This document shows, piece by piece, positions 1 to 9,272 of a stretch of 64,000 nucleotides of DNA. The position numbers and the translations under genes are program-made. Within the stretch, counting starts at the first letter, position 1; every line of letters starts with the position of its first letter. Origin of the DNA: a bacterium. GTDB lineage: Bacteria; Patescibacteriota; Minisyncoccia; Phycocordibacterales; UBA9973. Location of the stretch: positions 6,842-70,841 of the forward strand of contig JBAXXQ010000001.1 in the NCBI GenBank assembly GCA_037127795.1, given 5' to 3'. The notes under the pieces are model-generated. The model ran no database searches, was not told where the DNA came from, and saw only the letters and a list, made by a program, of their open reading frames with translations.

Positions 1-220
1 CAAAAACAATACTATCGGGTGTCATATACCACAAAAATACCGCGCCCAATACAAAAGATGCTCCTATAATACAAGAAAGTACAAATCCTCGTTTTGTTTT
101 AAAATAAAAAATACCTGCCAATACAATACTGACAGATATAGTAGCTATGAAACCAAAACTTGGATTGTAGTGAAACAGTATTGCGCCGAGCGTGATAGCA
201 AGAGCAATACTTTCTATCAT
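1..220 (-). CDS. Partial CDS for a membrane protein. Its start lies in the window and it continues past the 5' window edge.
   Basis: The minus-strand frame reads MIESIALAITLGAILFHYNPSFGFIATISVSIVLAGIFYFKTKRGFVLSCIIGASFVLGAVFLWYMTPDSIVF from the ATG at 220-218 with no stop to the window edge. The ATG overlaps the rnhA stop as ATGA, and the protein is hydrophobic throughout. It is absent from the ORF track because it is truncated by the edge. Confidence 0.4.
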   Translation of the reverse strand, partial: MIESIALAITLGAILFHYNPSFGFIATISVSIVLAGIFYFKTKRGFVLSCIIGASFVLGAVFLWYMTPDSIVF

Positions 221-681
221 AGGTTTACAGAGAGCGCTGCTTCTACGGCGAGAACGTCGGCCCGTTCATTATATTCATCCCCCGCATGACCTTCGACTTT
301 TTTGTATTGCAATCTTTTTCCAAAAAAGTTTCGTAATTCATATAGCGTCTCCCAGAGCTCTTTGTTTTCTACAGGTTTTTTGGTGCTTGTTTTCCAGCCA
401 TTGCGAACCCAATTATCAAGCCAACCCTTAAGCCCACCGAGCACATATGCAGAGTCTGCAAGAAGTACCACATCTATATCAGAATATTTTTCCTTTGCAA
501 AACGAAGTCCTTCTATAGCAGCAACAAGCTCCATTTGGTTGTTTGTAGCGAGCACTCCTTTGGGAGGACACCCACTTCCTTCAAAGACTTCTCCGTCAAC
601 AAGTGCAACATATGCCCACCCCCCAAGACCAGGGTTCCCACGAGACGATCCGTCTGTATATAGCTGTATCTCTTTTTTCAT
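217..681 (-). CDS. rnhA: Ribonuclease HI
   Basis: 154 aa starting MKKEIQLYTDGSSRGNPGLGGWAY with the C-terminal GHAGDEYNERADVLA motif, the canonical RNase H catalytic signature. Confidence 0.9.
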   Translation of the reverse strand: MKKEIQLYTDGSSRGNPGLGGWAYVALVDGEVFEGSGCPPKGVLATNNQMELVAAIEGLRFAKEKYSDIDVVLLADSAYVLGGLKGWLDNWVRNGWKTSTKKPVENKELWETLYELRNFFGKRLQYKKVEGHAGDEYNERADVLAVEAALSVNL

Positions 682-804
682 GAAAATAGTATAACAGAAT
701 TACTTACAAATTTCTTTTATTTGACATCTAACTAAATATCTATATACTTATCTCATAAGGCCTTAGGGCTCCGAGAAAATCCCCAGAAATGGGGATTTTC
801 GATT

Positions 805-1206
805 TTATATAGAATTTTTATATTTCATCATTATTTCTAAAAAATCAGAAGTACTTATACGTCCCACCTTTCGAGAAAGTCTATTAGTGCTTATTGTACG
901 AACATGAGCAAGACTTGCATATGAAGTTATATCACCGAGTGTTACCGGGGTAAAATATTTTGTCCCATTATTTTTTGAGGTAAGTGGTACGACTTTTATA
1001 GTATTTTTATTATAGACTTTTAATACCAAAACAGGTCTTTCAAAAAGTTCATGTTTTCCATACAGCTCGGTACCAATATTTAAACCAAATGAACACCACC
1101 ATATCTCACGTTTATTTGCAAAAACATTTCTTTGTTCTTTATCTAATTGTTGTTTTAAAATATTCCAAGCATCAAAATCTTTTTCCATACTAAAATAGTA
1201 TAACAA
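805..1206 (-). CDS. PemK/MazF-family endoribonuclease toxin with no adjacent antitoxin
   Basis: 133 aa with the pattern REIWWCSFGLNIGTE...RPVLVLKV...VVPLTSK...VRTISTNRLSRKVG, which matches the MazF/PemK/Kid fold motifs (RPxvVls, vvPlTS, irtId..Rl). The true start may be the internal MEKDF. Confidence 0.65.
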   Translation of the reverse strand: MLYYFSMEKDFDAWNILKQQLDKEQRNVFANKREIWWCSFGLNIGTELYGKHELFERPVLVLKVYNKNTIKVVPLTSKNNGTKYFTPVTLGDITSYASLAHVRTISTNRLSRKVGRISTSDFLEIMMKYKNSI

Positions 1207-1211
1207 AATGA

Positions 1212-1640
1212 TTACAGCATTTTATCAAAAAGAATAAAATCTTGATTAGCTATATGGTTTGGCAATATACATCTTTCTGTATACCCATTTTTTATATAAA
1301 AAGGACATGATTTCCATGTAGCACCTGTCTCAAGCCATACTTTGTGTACATTCATTTTCTTAAGTTCTTGTTCTATATATGAAATAAGTTTTGTTCCAAT
1401 ACCTTGTCCTTGAGTATCTACTGCAACCATAAGTGGTTCTATTTGAGCAATACCGCTATCGATAATAATAGTTACATATCCTAAAATAGTATCTCCCTCT
1501 TTTGCAAGATATGTGATTTCTTTTTTATAAAAATCTGGCATTTTGTCGCCATAGTGCTCCATATCAGCGACAGGCCAAACAGCAGATTTGAATATTTCTA
1601 AACTTTCAAGATCTGATATTGTATATTCTTTAATTTCCAT
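1212..1640 (-). CDS. GNAT family N-acetyltransferase
   Basis: 142 aa containing the acetyl-CoA-binding motif VAVDTQGQGIGTKLI (the Q/RxxGxG/A motif). Confidence 0.8.
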   Translation of the reverse strand: MEIKEYTISDLESLEIFKSAVWPVADMEHYGDKMPDFYKKEITYLAKEGDTILGYVTIIIDSGIAQIEPLMVAVDTQGQGIGTKLISYIEQELKKMNVHKVWLETGATWKSCPFYIKNGYTERCILPNHIANQDFILFDKML

Positions 1641-1647
1641 ACATTTA

Positions 1648-3300
1648 TTATATCACTTCTTTTATATGTATTCGCACACCACCTTTCCAACCAGCGACTA
1701 TTACACCAGTAAAAGATATCTTTGCGCCTTTTTGTAACACCGCAACAATATCTTCACTAGCAAAAAACATAAACCCTGTTGCGCGACCAGTCATGTCAGA
1801 AATAGTTATTTCAATATGCTCTTGGTGTTTACCAAACATCTTCACACTTTCTATTACTACGTTTTCAAATAAAAATACTGGCTCTGGATTACCTACTCCA
1901 AACGGCGCAAAACTTCGGACCATAGACAATGTTTTTGTATGTACTGATGCAAGATCTACCTGTATTGCAACACTCGTGTTTTTTTCTGCGGCGACATGCC
2001 CCACTACCGCAATAGCTTCATTCAATGCATTTTCAAGAAAATGAATCTTTTCTTTTTCTACCGCAAAGCCACCCGCTGCTTGGTGCCCTCCTCCATGAAG
2101 CAATACATCAGACGAAAGTGCTTGAAATAAATACGCAGCATGATGCTCATCTTGCATACGACACGATCCTTTGATCAATCCATCTCCAGATTCTCCCCAG
2201 ACAAAAAAACTTCGTTTATATGTTTCTTGTAATTTATTTGCAACAAGTCCCAATACCGCAGGGCGCCACGAGAGATCACCTATAACCACAATATCCGGAA
2301 GCACTCTTTTATCGAGACGGCTGTGTGCCTCTTTACTAATTTTTGTAACCAACTTTTTGCGCTCGTTATTTATTTTTTCTAAATTATCAGCAAGAGCAAT
2401 AGCTTGTGCATGTGAGCGAGTAGAGAGTAAATCGAATGCAAGCATCGGGGTATCCATACGAGACGCAGCGTTGAGGCGCGGCGCAAGAGTAAAGGTGAGG
2501 TCTTGCTCAGTGAGCGTAGCAAGCGACATATTATTTTTTAAAAAAAGTGTTTGCAAACCGAGCCGTTTGGTTTTGCGCATGACGAGCATACCGTACCACG
2601 CGAGCACTCTATTTTCTCCAATTAGTGGAACCATATCTGCAAGTGTCGCAAATCCTACCAAGTCGAGTAGCCATTTTGTTTGATCAATAGAGATGTTATA
2701 GTCTGCGCCATACTTGGTAATAAACGCTCGAATAAAATGAAATATAACTCCCGCACCACAAGGATTTTTGTCTGGATAGTCACCCTTTTTGGGATGTACT
2801 ACTGCATATGCACCTGGGTAGTCTGGAGTATCTCCCCCGAGCGGTTGATGATGATCGGTGAGTAACACATCAATACCAATGCTTTGTAAGTGCGCAATTT
2901 CTTTTGTTGCAGTGATCCCTACATCTATAGTGATTACTAGTGTGGTATTATTTTTTTGTAAAAAGTCTATTCCAACCCCAGATATACCATACCCTTCGTC
3001 ATGACGATCTGGGATATACACAGACACTTTTTCTATATACCCAATAAGCTCAAAAAAATCTCGCAATACAACAGCTCCTGGTATACCATCGCAATCATAA
3101 TCAGAATATATAGTTATATGCTCACCGGTATTGATAGCAGCTTGTAGTCTATCTACTGCTTTGTGCATATCTGCAAATAAAAATGGATCAGCAAGGAGAT
3201 ATTGTGGGTGCACAAAAGCCTCTTTTTCAGACGGAGAAATATGAAGAAAAGAAAGAATTTTTTGCTCTAAGTTGGAGATTTCGGGCATATAGAATATCAT
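1648..3300 (-). CDS. recJ: Single-stranded-DNA-specific exonuclease RecJ
   Basis: DHH family motifs: ITIYSDYDCDGIPGAVVL, LLTDHHQP and the GGGH DHHA1 motif. The track ORF extends to 3444 and overlaps the HIT gene. The start was reset to the internal Met MIFYMPEIS at 3300, with MPEIS at 3288 as an alternative. Confidence 0.85.
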   Translation of the reverse strand: MIFYMPEISNLEQKILSFLHISPSEKEAFVHPQYLLADPFLFADMHKAVDRLQAAINTGEHITIYSDYDCDGIPGAVVLRDFFELIGYIEKVSVYIPDRHDEGYGISGVGIDFLQKNNTTLVITIDVGITATKEIAHLQSIGIDVLLTDHHQPLGGDTPDYPGAYAVVHPKKGDYPDKNPCGAGVIFHFIRAFITKYGADYNISIDQTKWLLDLVGFATLADMVPLIGENRVLAWYGMLVMRKTKRLGLQTLFLKNNMSLATLTEQDLTFTLAPRLNAASRMDTPMLAFDLLSTRSHAQAIALADNLEKINNERKKLVTKISKEAHSRLDKRVLPDIVVIGDLSWRPAVLGLVANKLQETYKRSFFVWGESGDGLIKGSCRMQDEHHAAYLFQALSSDVLLHGGGHQAAGGFAVEKEKIHFLENALNEAIAVVGHVAAEKNTSVAIQVDLASVHTKTLSMVRSFAPFGVGNPEPVFLFENVVIESVKMFGKHQEHIEITISDMTGRATGFMFFASEDIVAVLQKGAKISFTGVIVAGWKGGVRIHIKEVI

Positions 3301-3306
3301 TGTAGC

Positions 3307-3720
3307 ATGGAACAAACAATTTTTGAGCGTATTATACAAGGCGAAATTCCTTGCACAAAAATATATGAAGATGAGATATGTCTTGTTTTTTTGGATATAC
3401 AACCACTCAATCTCGGACATGCACTCGTAATACCAAAAATTCATTCAAGAAATATTTTTGATACCCCAGATGAAACAGTGGCACATCTTTTTGTTATGGC
3501 AAAAAAAGTGGCACTAGCTCTCAAAGAAACAGTAGGTGCAGAAGGTATCAATATTTATATGAATAATGAAGCAGCTGCTGGGCAGATGGTTTTTCATACA
3601 CATATACACGTAATCCCTCGATACAGTACTGATGGATATGTATTATGGCACGGGAAAAAAACATATTCTGAAGAAGAAACAAATAATCTCGCAGAAAAAC
3701 TTACTCACAAACTGCAATAA
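3307..3720 (+). CDS. HIT family (histidine triad) hydrolase
   Basis: 137 aa with the HTHIHVIPR histidine triad. Confidence 0.9.
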   Translation: MEQTIFERIIQGEIPCTKIYEDEICLVFLDIQPLNLGHALVIPKIHSRNIFDTPDETVAHLFVMAKKVALALKETVGAEGINIYMNNEAAAGQMVFHTHIHVIPRYSTDGYVLWHGKKTYSEEETNNLAEKLTHKLQ

Positions 3721-3728
3721 ACAAAAAA

Positions 3729-3760
3729 ATTCCTCCGTCAACTGGCGAAGGAATTTTTAT
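3729..3760 (+). terminator. Rho-independent terminator downstream of the HIT gene
   Basis: The hairpin attcctccg..cgaaggaat is followed by ttttta. Confidence 0.55.
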
Positions 3761-4185
3761 ACCACTTGATATATAGCTATATTAAAATTTTCATAATGCA
3801 TAGCACCTGAATCAAGTCTTTGAAGACCCCAACTCCAAAACCCTTTTTTCCAATAAAGATACCTAACAAAAGGAAAATGAGAAAAATGGTATACGGTTCC
3901 GAAAAAATATACCCTATGTTTCTTCCATTTTTCAGGAATAAATAAAGTATTAGATAAAAGATAATCTAATATACACCCACCTAAAACTTCTTTCTCTTTA
4001 ACCTTTTCAAGTATATCTTTCGAGTATAAACCCTCGCTTTTTATATTATATAATGAGAGATTGTCTTCACCCATTTCTTTATATACAAACAAGACATCTT
4101 CTAATACAGAACAACCATCATAAGGGATGTTGGCCGTACTATTAATCAGAACATCGAGATTAAAAGCATTTTTACTAAGTTTCAT
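3757..4185 (-). CDS. Hypothetical protein
   Basis: A 142-aa ORF with no recognisable motif and an aromatic-rich C-terminus (FWSWGLQRL). Confidence 0.45.
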   Translation of the reverse strand: MKLSKNAFNLDVLINSTANIPYDGCSVLEDVLFVYKEMGEDNLSLYNIKSEGLYSKDILEKVKEKEVLGGCILDYLLSNTLFIPEKWKKHRVYFFGTVYHFSHFPFVRYLYWKKGFWSWGLQRLDSGAMHYENFNIAIYQVV

Positions 4186-4334
4186 TTTACAAATTTTATA
4201 GCATGTTTATATATGCTGGTTACAAAATATTTTTTGAAATATATTATAATTAAAAATAAATGTCAATTTATTAGCCCGATTACTTATTATAAAAGGGCAC
4301 ATAATATTTACTATTACAATACAATTAGATCAAA

Positions 4335-4362
4335 CAAAAAAATCCCGAAAGGGATTTTTTTG
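4335..4362. terminator. Bidirectional hairpin terminator
   Basis: The sequence aaaaaaatcccgaaagggatttttttg has an A-run and a T-run flanking a perfect 5-bp stem with a GAAA loop. It lies downstream of the minus-strand DUF378 gene. Confidence 0.6.
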
Positions 4363-4387
4363 TAGCTACGTACCTGTCGAACAATAT

Positions 4388-4597
4388 TTATTTTGCTTGG
4401 CAATTTGTGCAAGAATTTTTGTGTGTAAACAATTCATACAAAGCTGAAATACCAACAAGGATATATACAATCTTTGAAATAAGCGCTGCTTGACCACCAA
4501 AAATACTTCCTACGTCCCATGAGAACAAACCAACCAAGAGCCAGTTCAAACCACCAACTATAAGAAGAATCCATGCGATTATGTGTACTGTTTTCAT
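4388..4597 (-). CDS. DUF378 small membrane protein
   Basis: 69 aa with two TM helices and the GLNWLLVGLF motif typical of DUF378. Confidence 0.7.
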   Translation of the reverse strand: MKTVHIIAWILLIVGGLNWLLVGLFSWDVGSIFGGQAALISKIVYILVGISALYELFTHKNSCTNCQAK

Positions 4598-4650
4598 AAA
4601 TGTTTTGTGTACTAAAATACTACTAAATCGAGTACCTCTTTAGTATACCA

Positions 4651-5763
4651 CTATTTTGACTTGTCGAGTGCAATTATCCCCGGAAGTGTACCATTTGCGA
4701 GAAAGTCTAATGTTGCTCCTCCTGCAGTAGAAACAAAGATTCGCTTGTTGTTTTCTGGGAGAATCTTCTCTACAAGCAAGCCTGTATCGCCACCCCCTAC
4801 TATTGCATGTGCTTTTGAATCAACGATTGATTGTGCGAGAGCTTTGGTTGCCTTAGTAAAACCTTTTTCATACCACCCAGTCGGACCATTCCATACAACA
4901 AGTTTTGCAGTACCGATAAGTCCCACTATGAGCTTGGTGCTTTCTGGGCCAATATCTACAATACAATCCCCTGGCAATACTGCATCTGGAGTTGTGACAA
5001 CCTTTGCGTCTTTGCGCAATACAATAAGATCTATAGGTAATAATATTTTTTCATCTTTGAGAAGCTTTTTGATTTGTGTATCGAACCCATCTTCTGCAAC
5101 AGAACTTCCTATTTCAAATCCTGCTGATTTGTAAAAATTATTCAAAATAGCACCAGCAATCACGATACTATCTGCTTTGCCTATAAACTTTTTGATAAGC
5201 GGGATTTTTGTCCCAAACTTTGCACCCCCTAAAATAAACACAAACGGATGTTTTATTTGTGCATCAGTAAGGGTAAGGTTTTTTATCTCTTGAGCAAAAG
5301 AAAATCCTGCAAAACTAGGTAGGTATTTTGGAATACCTACCACAGATGCATGTTTGCGGTGACTTACAGAAAATGCGTCATTTATATATACACTACCGAG
5401 AGATGCGAGCTTTTTTGCAAAAGCAGTATCGTTTTTTTCTTCGCCTTCATATGCGCGAATATTTTCAAGCAATACTATATCTCTTGGTTTCATATCAGAT
5501 GCAATATCTTCTATGGTTTTTGCAAAAGAAAGTGTAGAATATTTTTTCTTGAGGTAAGTATATACCGGTTTCAAACTTTCTTCTTTGCTGTGTGAAATAA
5601 GCACAATACTTGCACCTTTTTTCAAAAGAAAATCAATTGTTTTGTAGCTTGCTTCTATGCGACGAGGGTCGAGTATACGAGTTCCTTTTGTTGGTACATT
5701 ATAATCAGCACGAACAATAACACGCATACCTTTGGTAATTGGAGATTCAGAAATAGCTTTCAT
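4651..5763 (-). CDS. pgk: Phosphoglycerate kinase
   Basis: 370 aa with RVIVRADYNVP at the N-terminus and PGK-wide similarity. The GGGDT and STAGGA motifs are near the C-terminus. Confidence 0.9.
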   Translation of the reverse strand: MKAISESPITKGMRVIVRADYNVPTKGTRILDPRRIEASYKTIDFLLKKGASIVLISHSKEESLKPVYTYLKKKYSTLSFAKTIEDIASDMKPRDIVLLENIRAYEGEEKNDTAFAKKLASLGSVYINDAFSVSHRKHASVVGIPKYLPSFAGFSFAQEIKNLTLTDAQIKHPFVFILGGAKFGTKIPLIKKFIGKADSIVIAGAILNNFYKSAGFEIGSSVAEDGFDTQIKKLLKDEKILLPIDLIVLRKDAKVVTTPDAVLPGDCIVDIGPESTKLIVGLIGTAKLVVWNGPTGWYEKGFTKATKALAQSIVDSKAHAIVGGGDTGLLVEKILPENNKRIFVSTAGGATLDFLANGTLPGIIALDKSK

Positions 5764-5766
5764 ATA

Positions 5767-6507
5767 TTAAGAAATAGATTGTATAAGACTAGTAAACTTT
5801 TTTATATCGGTACTCACACGCCCCACGAGGAGTCCATGTGCACCACCTTCAGAAAGGAAATTTTTTGCATTTTGTTCATCTACTGAACCTCCATACAAAA
5901 CAGGGATAATATTGGCAACTTTTTCCCCCACAGCATCTGCGAGTGTTTTACGGATAAAAATAATCATCTCTCGACATTCCTCTACTGTTGCAGGACGTGT
6001 CGCATGTGACCCAATAGCCCAGACAGGCTCATATGCAAATACCAATTCTTTTATTTTTGTTTTTGGTACCAATGCAATAGCGCTCACTATTTGTTCTTTT
6101 ACAAACAGTAAGTATGCACCCTTGGTATCGCGAGATTTTTCTCCGACACAAATAATAGGTCTAATCTTTTTTTCAATAAGACGAAGTGTATTTTGTGCAA
6201 CGATGTCATTAGTTTCAAATCCAGCAGAACGACGTTCTGAGTGGCCGACAATAGTATATGACGCACCGAGCTTTTGGAGCATCTTTGCACTCACCTCTCC
6301 TGTATGCGGCATTTCTAGATGTGGAGATACAGCTTGTGCTCCAAAAAGTACTTTGGTTTTTTTACCAATTTCTCCCAGATATATATATGGCGGACAAACA
6401 ACAATGGTATTTTTATTTTTTTTGGCAATAACACCAGTTTCTTTGGCAAGCATTAGCGCTTCTTCCAATGTATCAGGTGACATTTTCCAATTTCCAACTA
6501 GTAACAT
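5767..6507 (-). CDS. tpiA: Triosephosphate isomerase
   Basis: 246 aa with LVGNWKM, IVGHSERR and YEPVWAIG motifs. Confidence 0.9.
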   Translation of the reverse strand: MLLVGNWKMSPDTLEEALMLAKETGVIAKKNKNTIVVCPPYIYLGEIGKKTKVLFGAQAVSPHLEMPHTGEVSAKMLQKLGASYTIVGHSERRSAGFETNDIVAQNTLRLIEKKIRPIICVGEKSRDTKGAYLLFVKEQIVSAIALVPKTKIKELVFAYEPVWAIGSHATRPATVEECREMIIFIRKTLADAVGEKVANIIPVLYGGSVDEQNAKNFLSEGGAHGLLVGRVSTDIKKFTSLIQSIS

Positions 6508-6527
6508 AGTACTAGTATATCATAGAG

Positions 6528-7811
6528 CTAGTTGGTGGTTTCTTGCCAGGAAGAGACTCCCCATCCTCCAGTACTAGAGAATGTCAATGTAGAAAGTCCA
6601 GAATTATAGGTAATAGAAACACCACCCAGTAATTGCACAGTTTTTGCTGTCGCTTGTTGTACTCCGGTACAACTATTGATTACCAACGTACCATTTTGCG
6701 CAATAAGTGCGATACTTCCTCCTCCACCGTTTACACTAATTGCAGGATTTCCCCCACAAAAACCACTTGTAGGACAATCTGATGTATCTACAATAATCGC
6801 ATAACTCCCCGCAACACCAGAACCAGTAATTGTTGCCCCGTTTCCTACTGAAGTATACCCATCAACAAGCAATGCAATACTACCTCCGGCATATGAAGGA
6901 TCAACTTGTAATTTTCCATTTCCCATAGTGAAATTCCCAGTGACCCAAATTGGCCCAGTGAGTTTTACTGTGTATCCGTTATCAATATTCAAATTACCTA
7001 CTATTTTTCTAGAACTAATAGTTACCGTGCCACTAGTACCTGCATAGTTTACGTTTCCATTAATCACATTACCCGAAGCTTTTGTTTTCCAATCTGCAAT
7101 AAGTGCATCTGGTATTGGCATAGTCTGAGGACTAGGTGTACCACGACTTGTATCACATACCTTATTATTCAAAGATCCAGTAGTGCAGTATATTTTCCCG
7201 GTCGCATTTGTCTTACTTACTATTGGGGCCCACGCATCATATGTACCAGAAGTTCCCACATTAAAAGGTCGCCATTGATCATCTCCTATAATAGAAGTGG
7301 TAGAAATAGCAGCCCCGGAAATAGTCACACTACTATTGCTTCCTGTGATAGGACCATTGGCATATACCCCTCCATAAATAGCTTGTCCGTTTTGCATACT
7401 AAGCCCGCCAGTACCAACGATTGCCCCATAAAAAAGATTTACCGTGGCAGCCTTTGCAACAGTTGCGGTAGAAATTCTATTAAAATTAGAAAGTGCGCCA
7501 ATACTTTTTATTTGTTTTTGTGTACTACTAATATCTGTAACAGTAGTAGTTGCAGTTGCATTACCGAGTACCAACGTATTTGTAGAACTTACATTTTTAT
7601 TATTCATAACACGATAATACGCATCTTCTACGCCAGATTCTGCAAGCGCATAACTTGCTTTTGATTGTATATCACTCTTTGAATTACCATATGCACCAAG
7701 CACCGGAAGAATAAGCCCAAAAGATATAGACAGCGTGATCGCAACAAAAAGCAATGTCGTTATTATCATTACATTTCCTTTTTCTTTTGTTGTATGAAAA
7801 AATTTCTCCAT
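6528..7811 (-). CDS. Large membrane-anchored protein ending the pseudopilin operon, possibly PilX/PilY1-like and pilus-associated
   Basis: 427 aa with an N-terminal TM segment (IITTLLFVAITLSISFGLILPVLGAY) followed by a Gly/Thr/Ser-rich beta-like ectodomain. It sits immediately downstream of three prepilin genes. Confidence 0.45.
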   Translation of the reverse strand: MEKFFHTTKEKGNVMIITTLLFVAITLSISFGLILPVLGAYGNSKSDIQSKASYALAESGVEDAYYRVMNNKNVSSTNTLVLGNATATTTVTDISSTQKQIKSIGALSNFNRISTATVAKAATVNLFYGAIVGTGGLSMQNGQAIYGGVYANGPITGSNSSVTISGAAISTTSIIGDDQWRPFNVGTSGTYDAWAPIVSKTNATGKIYCTTGSLNNKVCDTSRGTPSPQTMPIPDALIADWKTKASGNVINGNVNYAGTSGTVTISSRKIVGNLNIDNGYTVKLTGPIWVTGNFTMGNGKLQVDPSYAGGSIALLVDGYTSVGNGATITGSGVAGSYAIIVDTSDCPTSGFCGGNPAISVNGGGGSIALIAQNGTLVINSCTGVQQATAKTVQLLGGVSITYNSGLSTLTFSSTGGWGVSSWQETTN

Positions 7812-7812
7812 A

Positions 7813-8313
7813 TTATTTTCCTCTCAATAATACTGTAGTATTAAAAGGTACTGTGATCTTATACCCAGTAACTGTTTGTAATTGTAATTCTACTTTTACT
7901 GCCGATCCATTTGAGGTAGTTACTTTTCTAAAAATCAAACTGTTTGAAGCAACTTGTCCTCCTGTAAGAGTACTATTTACTCCATTTACAGAAATTTGTA
8001 CTTGATTATTAACTACAGAAAATGCGACAGTATCTGGATTTCCTGAAAGATCTTTCCCGGCGAGTGTTATAGATCCAGGATTTGCATCAAAATTTCCCCC
8101 TGTCACACTTGTCGCCTGGCGTAATTCTCGAGTCATACGCTCCATAACAAGCTCACCTTGTGCTTGGATTTTTCTATAAGATTGAGACTGACTATAGACA
8201 GTCATACTAGTCACCAAAGATTTTATAATAACCAAACAAAGGATAGAAAAAATAGATAGGTATACAAGTAATTCGATAAGAGAATATCCTTTTGTAGCTT
8301 GTGTTTTTTTCAT
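7813..8313 (-). CDS. Prepilin-type (type IV pilin-like) protein
   Basis: The N-terminus KGYSLIELLVYLSIFSIL is the class III signal peptide G|(F/Y)(S/T)LIE followed by a hydrophobic helix. Confidence 0.75.
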   Translation of the reverse strand: MKKTQATKGYSLIELLVYLSIFSILCLVIIKSLVTSMTVYSQSQSYRKIQAQGELVMERMTRELRQATSVTGGNFDANPGSITLAGKDLSGNPDTVAFSVVNNQVQISVNGVNSTLTGGQVASNSLIFRKVTTSNGSAVKVELQLQTVTGYKITVPFNTTVLLRGK

Positions 8314-8316
8314 ATA

Positions 8317-8802
8317 TTAAATATTTGGACTACTAGTTATATAAAATGGCATAGTTTCTGTAGCGCTCGTACCATTGGCGCTTTGCCATGACACAGATAT
8401 AGTCATTTGTAATGTACCAGAATCAACACTTCCCCCAGATGAAACAATATCTGCATTTGCATTTCTTTGTACACTCGATATAACTATAGTTCGAGTAAAT
8501 ACCCCCACCTTTTCTGCGGTAGTTGTATAGCTCCATGTTTTTCCAGTATTATCCCAGTGCATATAATACGTAGTACCTGGAGTAAGGTTTGAAATATTTG
8601 ACCATGCTTGATTGCGCAATACTTTTGCAACCTCCCCACCCTCTTCGAGTAAGTATGAAGCTTGTGTTTTTTCTAATGCACGATGAGAAATATCTACTAC
8701 ATTACTAATAACAGCCAACATCAATACTAATGATGTTCCTATAATAGCCGAAGCAACAATTGCTTCTATAAGAAAAAATCCTTTTTGTGTTTTTTTGGGC
8801 AT
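8317..8802 (-). CDS. Prepilin-type (type IV pilin-like) protein
   Basis: The N-terminus KGFFLIEAIVASAIIG is a prepilin cleavage/methylation motif. Confidence 0.75.
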   Translation of the reverse strand: MPKKTQKGFFLIEAIVASAIIGTSLVLMLAVISNVVDISHRALEKTQASYLLEEGGEVAKVLRNQAWSNISNLTPGTTYYMHWDNTGKTWSYTTTAEKVGVFTRTIVISSVQRNANADIVSSGGSVDSGTLQMTISVSWQSANGTSATETMPFYITSSPNI

Positions 8803-8803
8803 A

Positions 8804-9271
8804 TTACGAATGACTTACCGAACCACTCGCACCGATAGTAATTATTTTTGTACTACCACCTTGTGCTGTTAGAGTAATTGTACCATATTGATTTGGTACT
8901 CCTGTAATTTTATTAAAAATAATTTGTGACCCACTATCAGAAAGACTAATTGCACTCATAGTGACCCCAGTATCATATTGCACCACTCTATTTCCACTTG
9001 CACCAGCAGCATAACTAGACCCAGAAAAAAATGTCATTTGATTTGTTTCAAAGTTTACCCCATAGGTTGTACCATTGAGCCCAGATATCGTATCAGTCCG
9101 TGCTTCATACAAAAGAGATAATGCGCTATCCATATTATTTTTTAATACCTGTGAAGATCGAAAAGAAGAAAAAGAAAGACTAAAAATACTAGACAAAATA
9201 ACTATAATTCCCAATACAAAAAGTATTTCTACTAATGTAAATCCTGATTGTGATTTTCTTATGGTATACAT
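8804..9271 (-). CDS. Prepilin-type (type IV pilin-like) protein
   Basis: The internal Met gives MYTIRKSQSGFTLVEILFVLGIIVI, a prepilin motif. This start at 9271 abuts the pilC stop at 9273, whereas the track ORF start at 9346 overlaps pilC. Confidence 0.7.
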   Translation of the reverse strand: MYTIRKSQSGFTLVEILFVLGIIVILSSIFSLSFSSFRSSQVLKNNMDSALSLLYEARTDTISGLNGTTYGVNFETNQMTFFSGSSYAAGASGNRVVQYDTGVTMSAISLSDSGSQIIFNKITGVPNQYGTITLTAQGGSTKIITIGASGSVSHS

Positions 9272-9272
9272 A

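Noticed and set aside
192-431. Plus-strand track ORFs lying antisense within real genes, for example 192-431, 302-694, 2171-2683, 4661-5134, 5912-6577, 38220-38639, 47755-48198, 54123-54626 and 57087-57650
   Set aside because: They sit entirely inside longer opposite-strand ORFs that have strong homology signatures. They have skewed low-complexity composition and no motifs, so they are shadow ORFs.
3301-3444. N-terminal extension of recJ (track ORF to 3444)
   Set aside because: It would overlap the divergent HIT gene by about 140 nt and has no DHH-family similarity. Internal Met codons at 3300 and 3288 give a conventional RecJ N-terminus.
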